A stretch of 64,000 bases of DNA from an uncultured Trueperaceae bacterium. GTDB lineage: Bacteria > Deinococcota > Deinococci > Deinococcales > Trueperaceae. Location: NCBI GenBank assembly GCA_963815215.1, contig CAWFFU010000011.1, positions 96,001 through 160,000 of the forward strand, read 5' to 3'. Positions 61,325 to 64,000 of this stretch are shown here, piece after piece. The notes beneath the pieces are model-generated. The model was not told the origin of the DNA. It saw only the letters and a program-made list of their open reading frames with translations, and did not search any database. The first letter of the stretch is position 1. The number at the start of each line of letters is the position of its first letter. Both the position numbers and the translations under genes were made by a program.

Positions 61325-63971
61325 ATGGCCCGCGACGACCCGCGCCACCGGGGACCGCGCAGCCGGAGTGCCGAGCAGGGCATGCTGTTCGAGGGGCCGG
61401 ACGCGGCTTCACCCGACGATCCCGGCGCGGCGGGGACCGGCTCCGCCCGGTCTGCCCCCGTCGGCGCGCACCAGGACGCAGCGGCACGCGGCCGCGTAGT
61501 GGTCGTCGACGGGCACGGCATCGCCTACCGCAGCTACTTCGGCGTTCGCGATCTGTCCACCTCGCGCGGACAACCCACCAACGCCGTCTACGGCTTCGTG
61601 CGCACGCTGCTCGGCCTGCTCGGCGACGACGACGCCATCGTGGTGGTCGCCTTCGACGCGCCGGCGCCCACCTTCCGCCATGAACGCTTCGAGGGCTACA
61701 AGGCCGGCCGCGCGCCGGCGCCCGAGGACCTACCCTCGCAACTCGCGGTGATCAAGCGTCTGCTCGACCTGATGGGCGTCCCGCGCCGAGAGATCCCGGG
61801 GCTCGAAGCCGACGACCTGATCGGTACCATCGCCCTGCGCTGCGCCGCGCTCGGCTACCGGGTCGAGGTGGTCACCAGCGATCGCGACGCCCTACAGCTC
61901 GTCGGCGAACGGGTGTGGGTACACCCTCCCGAGCGCCGCGACGTCATCGGTCCGGACGAGGTCGAGGCCCGCTACGGCGTGCGCCCCGACCAATGGGTCG
62001 ATTACCGAGCGCTCACCGGGGACAGTAGCGACAACCTGCCGGGCGTGCGCGGGATCGGCCCAGTGGCGGCCCGCACGCTGCTGCAGCGCTACGGCTCGCT
62101 CGACCGTATGCTGGCCGATCTCGACGCCGTCGAGCCCGGCTCGGCGGCCCGCAAGATCGCCGCGGCCCGCGAGGCGCTGGCGCTGTCGCGCGAGCTCTCC
62201 CGCATCCGCACCGACGTCGACATGGCGGTGGAGCCCGAGGACGTGGAGGCGGCGCGCGCCGGACAACGCGGCGCTCGCCGAGGCGTTACGGGAGCTCGAG
62301 TTCGGCTCGGTGCTCCACGAGCTGGGACTGGCACAACGGTCCGAGTTTCGCCCCGTGGCCTGGCGGGAGCTGGCGCCGGAAGGTGCTATCGGCTTCGTGC
62401 TGGACGGCGAGCGCGCCACCACCGCCGAGATCGCCGAGCTGGCGCTCGCCCGCTCCGGCAGGGTCGCGCGAGCCGGCGGCGAAGCCGATCGCAACGCCGT
62501 GCTTGGGCGGTCGTCCCCGTTGGACGCCTGCGACGCCAAGGCCCTGACCGTGGCGGCGCGACGGCACGGGTTCGACGCAAGGGCCGGCGACGATCCCCTG
62601 CTCATGGCCTATCTCCTGGACCCGAGCGGGGCCTCGGCCGAGCGGCTCGCCCGCCGTCACGGCGCAGGCGAGTGGGGGTCCGACGCCGGGAGTCGCGCGG
62701 CCGCGACGGCGGAGCTGCTGCGGATCCTCGGCCCGCGCCTGGGGGGCGCCCAGCGGTCGATCTACGAAGAGGTGGAACGCCCGCTCCAGACGGTCCTGGC
62801 GGACATGGAGCTGGCCGGAGTGCGCCTGGACGTCGACCAGCTGCGGCGGCAATCCGAGGTGTTGACCCAACGCATCGAACGCATCGAGGAACGCGTGCGG
62901 ACGCTGGCCGGTGAAGCGGACTTCAACGTCCACTCCCGCGACCGGGTCGCCTGGCTCCTGTACGAGAAGCTGGGCCTGCGCGCGGGCCGTCGCACGGCCA
63001 CCGGCAAGCGCAGCACCGCGCTGTCGGCGTTGGAGCCGCTGCGGGGCGAGCACGAGGCCGTCGACCTGATCCTCGAGCACCGTGAGCTCAGCAAGCTCAA
63101 GGGCACCTATCTCGATCCCCTACCAGAGCTGGTCGACCCGGCGACCGGGCGACTCCACACCACCTTCAACCAGGCCGTGGTGGCGACCGGAAGGTTGTCC
63201 TCGGCCCATCCCAACCTGCAGAACATCCCGGTCCGCACGGAGCTCGGGCGCCAGATCCGGCGCGCCTTCATCGCCGCCGAGGGCGCGCGGATGGTGGTCG
63301 CCGACTACAGCCAGATCGAGCTGCGGGTGCTGGCGCACATCGCCGACGAGCCCACCCTCATCGAGGCGTTCCGCCACGGCGAGGACGTGCACCGCAGGAC
63401 GGCGTCGGAGGTGTACGACGTCGCCGCACAGGACGTCACCGACGAGATGCGCCGGCGCGCCAAGGTGGTGAACTTCGGCATCCTCTACGGCATGGGACCG
63501 CGCCGTCTCAGCGCCGATCTGGACATCAGCCCGCAGGAGGCCGAGCGCACCATCGCGACCTACTTCGAGCGCTACCCGCGCGTGCGCGCCTACATCGACG
63601 ACACCCTCGCGTTCTGCCGCGAGCACGGCTACGTCACCACGCTGCTGGGTCGGCGCCGTCACATCCCGGACATCCACAGCCCCAACCGCAGCGCCCGCGA
63701 GTACGCCGAGCGCACGGCCTACAACATGCCCATCCAGGGGACCGCCGCAGACATCATGAAGCTGGCCATGTTGAAGCTCGCGCCGGAGCTGCGTGCACTG
63801 GGTGGCCGCCTGCTGCTCCAGGTTCACGACGAGGTGGTCGCTGAGGTGCCGGCCGCCGCCGCGGAGCGTGCCGCGGTCGCCGTGCGCGAGGCGATGGCGG
63901 GCGCCTACGCCCTGAGGGTGCCGCTCGTGGCCGAGGTCGGCTCGGGCTCCAACTGGCTGGAGGCGAGATAG
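61325..63971 (+). CDS. polA: DNA polymerase I, split by a 1-nt frameshift near 62234-62240
   Basis: 5'-3' exonuclease (VDGHGIAYRSY, EADD, LTGDSSDNLPGV) in one frame. Polymerase (TGRLSS..PNLQNIP, DYSQIELR, AKVVNFGILYG, QVHDE) in the next frame. Leaderless TATGCT. Confidence 0.95.
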
Positions 63972-63984
63972 GCACAGGCCGGGC

Positions 63985-64000
63985 TAGAATGGCCCTCATG
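63985..64000 (+). promoter_or_regulatory. -10 box and start codon of the next leaderless gene at the window edge
   Basis: TAGAAT, 7 nt, ATG at 63998. Confidence 0.5.

Overview
High-GC bacterial chromosome segment, almost certainly Deinococcota and Truepera-like by inference. Evidence: long acidic S1, RecJ with C-terminal extension, Taq-type PolA, HspR-type operator before lon, and many leaderless genes with a TANNNT box 5-7 nt before the start. From about 6.7 kb to the end it is mostly housekeeping: rpsA, htpX/lemA, mnmA, recJ, argS, lon, tpiA, argB, ppc, tRNA-Leu(GAG), trmH, lipBA, ppa, pdxST, PBP1A, trpEGD, fabI, polA. argS and polA each carry a single-base frameshift that looks like an assembly error. 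The first ~6.5 kb is a lower-GC accessory region and holds the main candidate system. An uncalled 33-aa signal-peptide-like ORF (3723-3824, -) is transcribed divergently from a TPR/winged-helix regulator and lies upstream of a membrane HD-GYP phosphodiesterase, which resembles RRNPP-style peptide signalling in a diderm phylum. The leaders of these genes show repeated UGGGAG hairpin loops. A predicted ~89-nt sRNA (6405-6493, +) carries complementary CUCCCA loops and a perfect 13-nt match to the peptide leader, and a second small RNA (6025-6092) could act as its sponge. Other notable items are an ExbB-ExbD-TonB/TolA-like motor ending in a DUF3048-like domain, a leaderless two-Trp leader peptide before trpE, and a GT2 glycosyltransferase inserted in the trp operon. 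All functional claims are inferences from sequence alone; no searches or folding programs were run.
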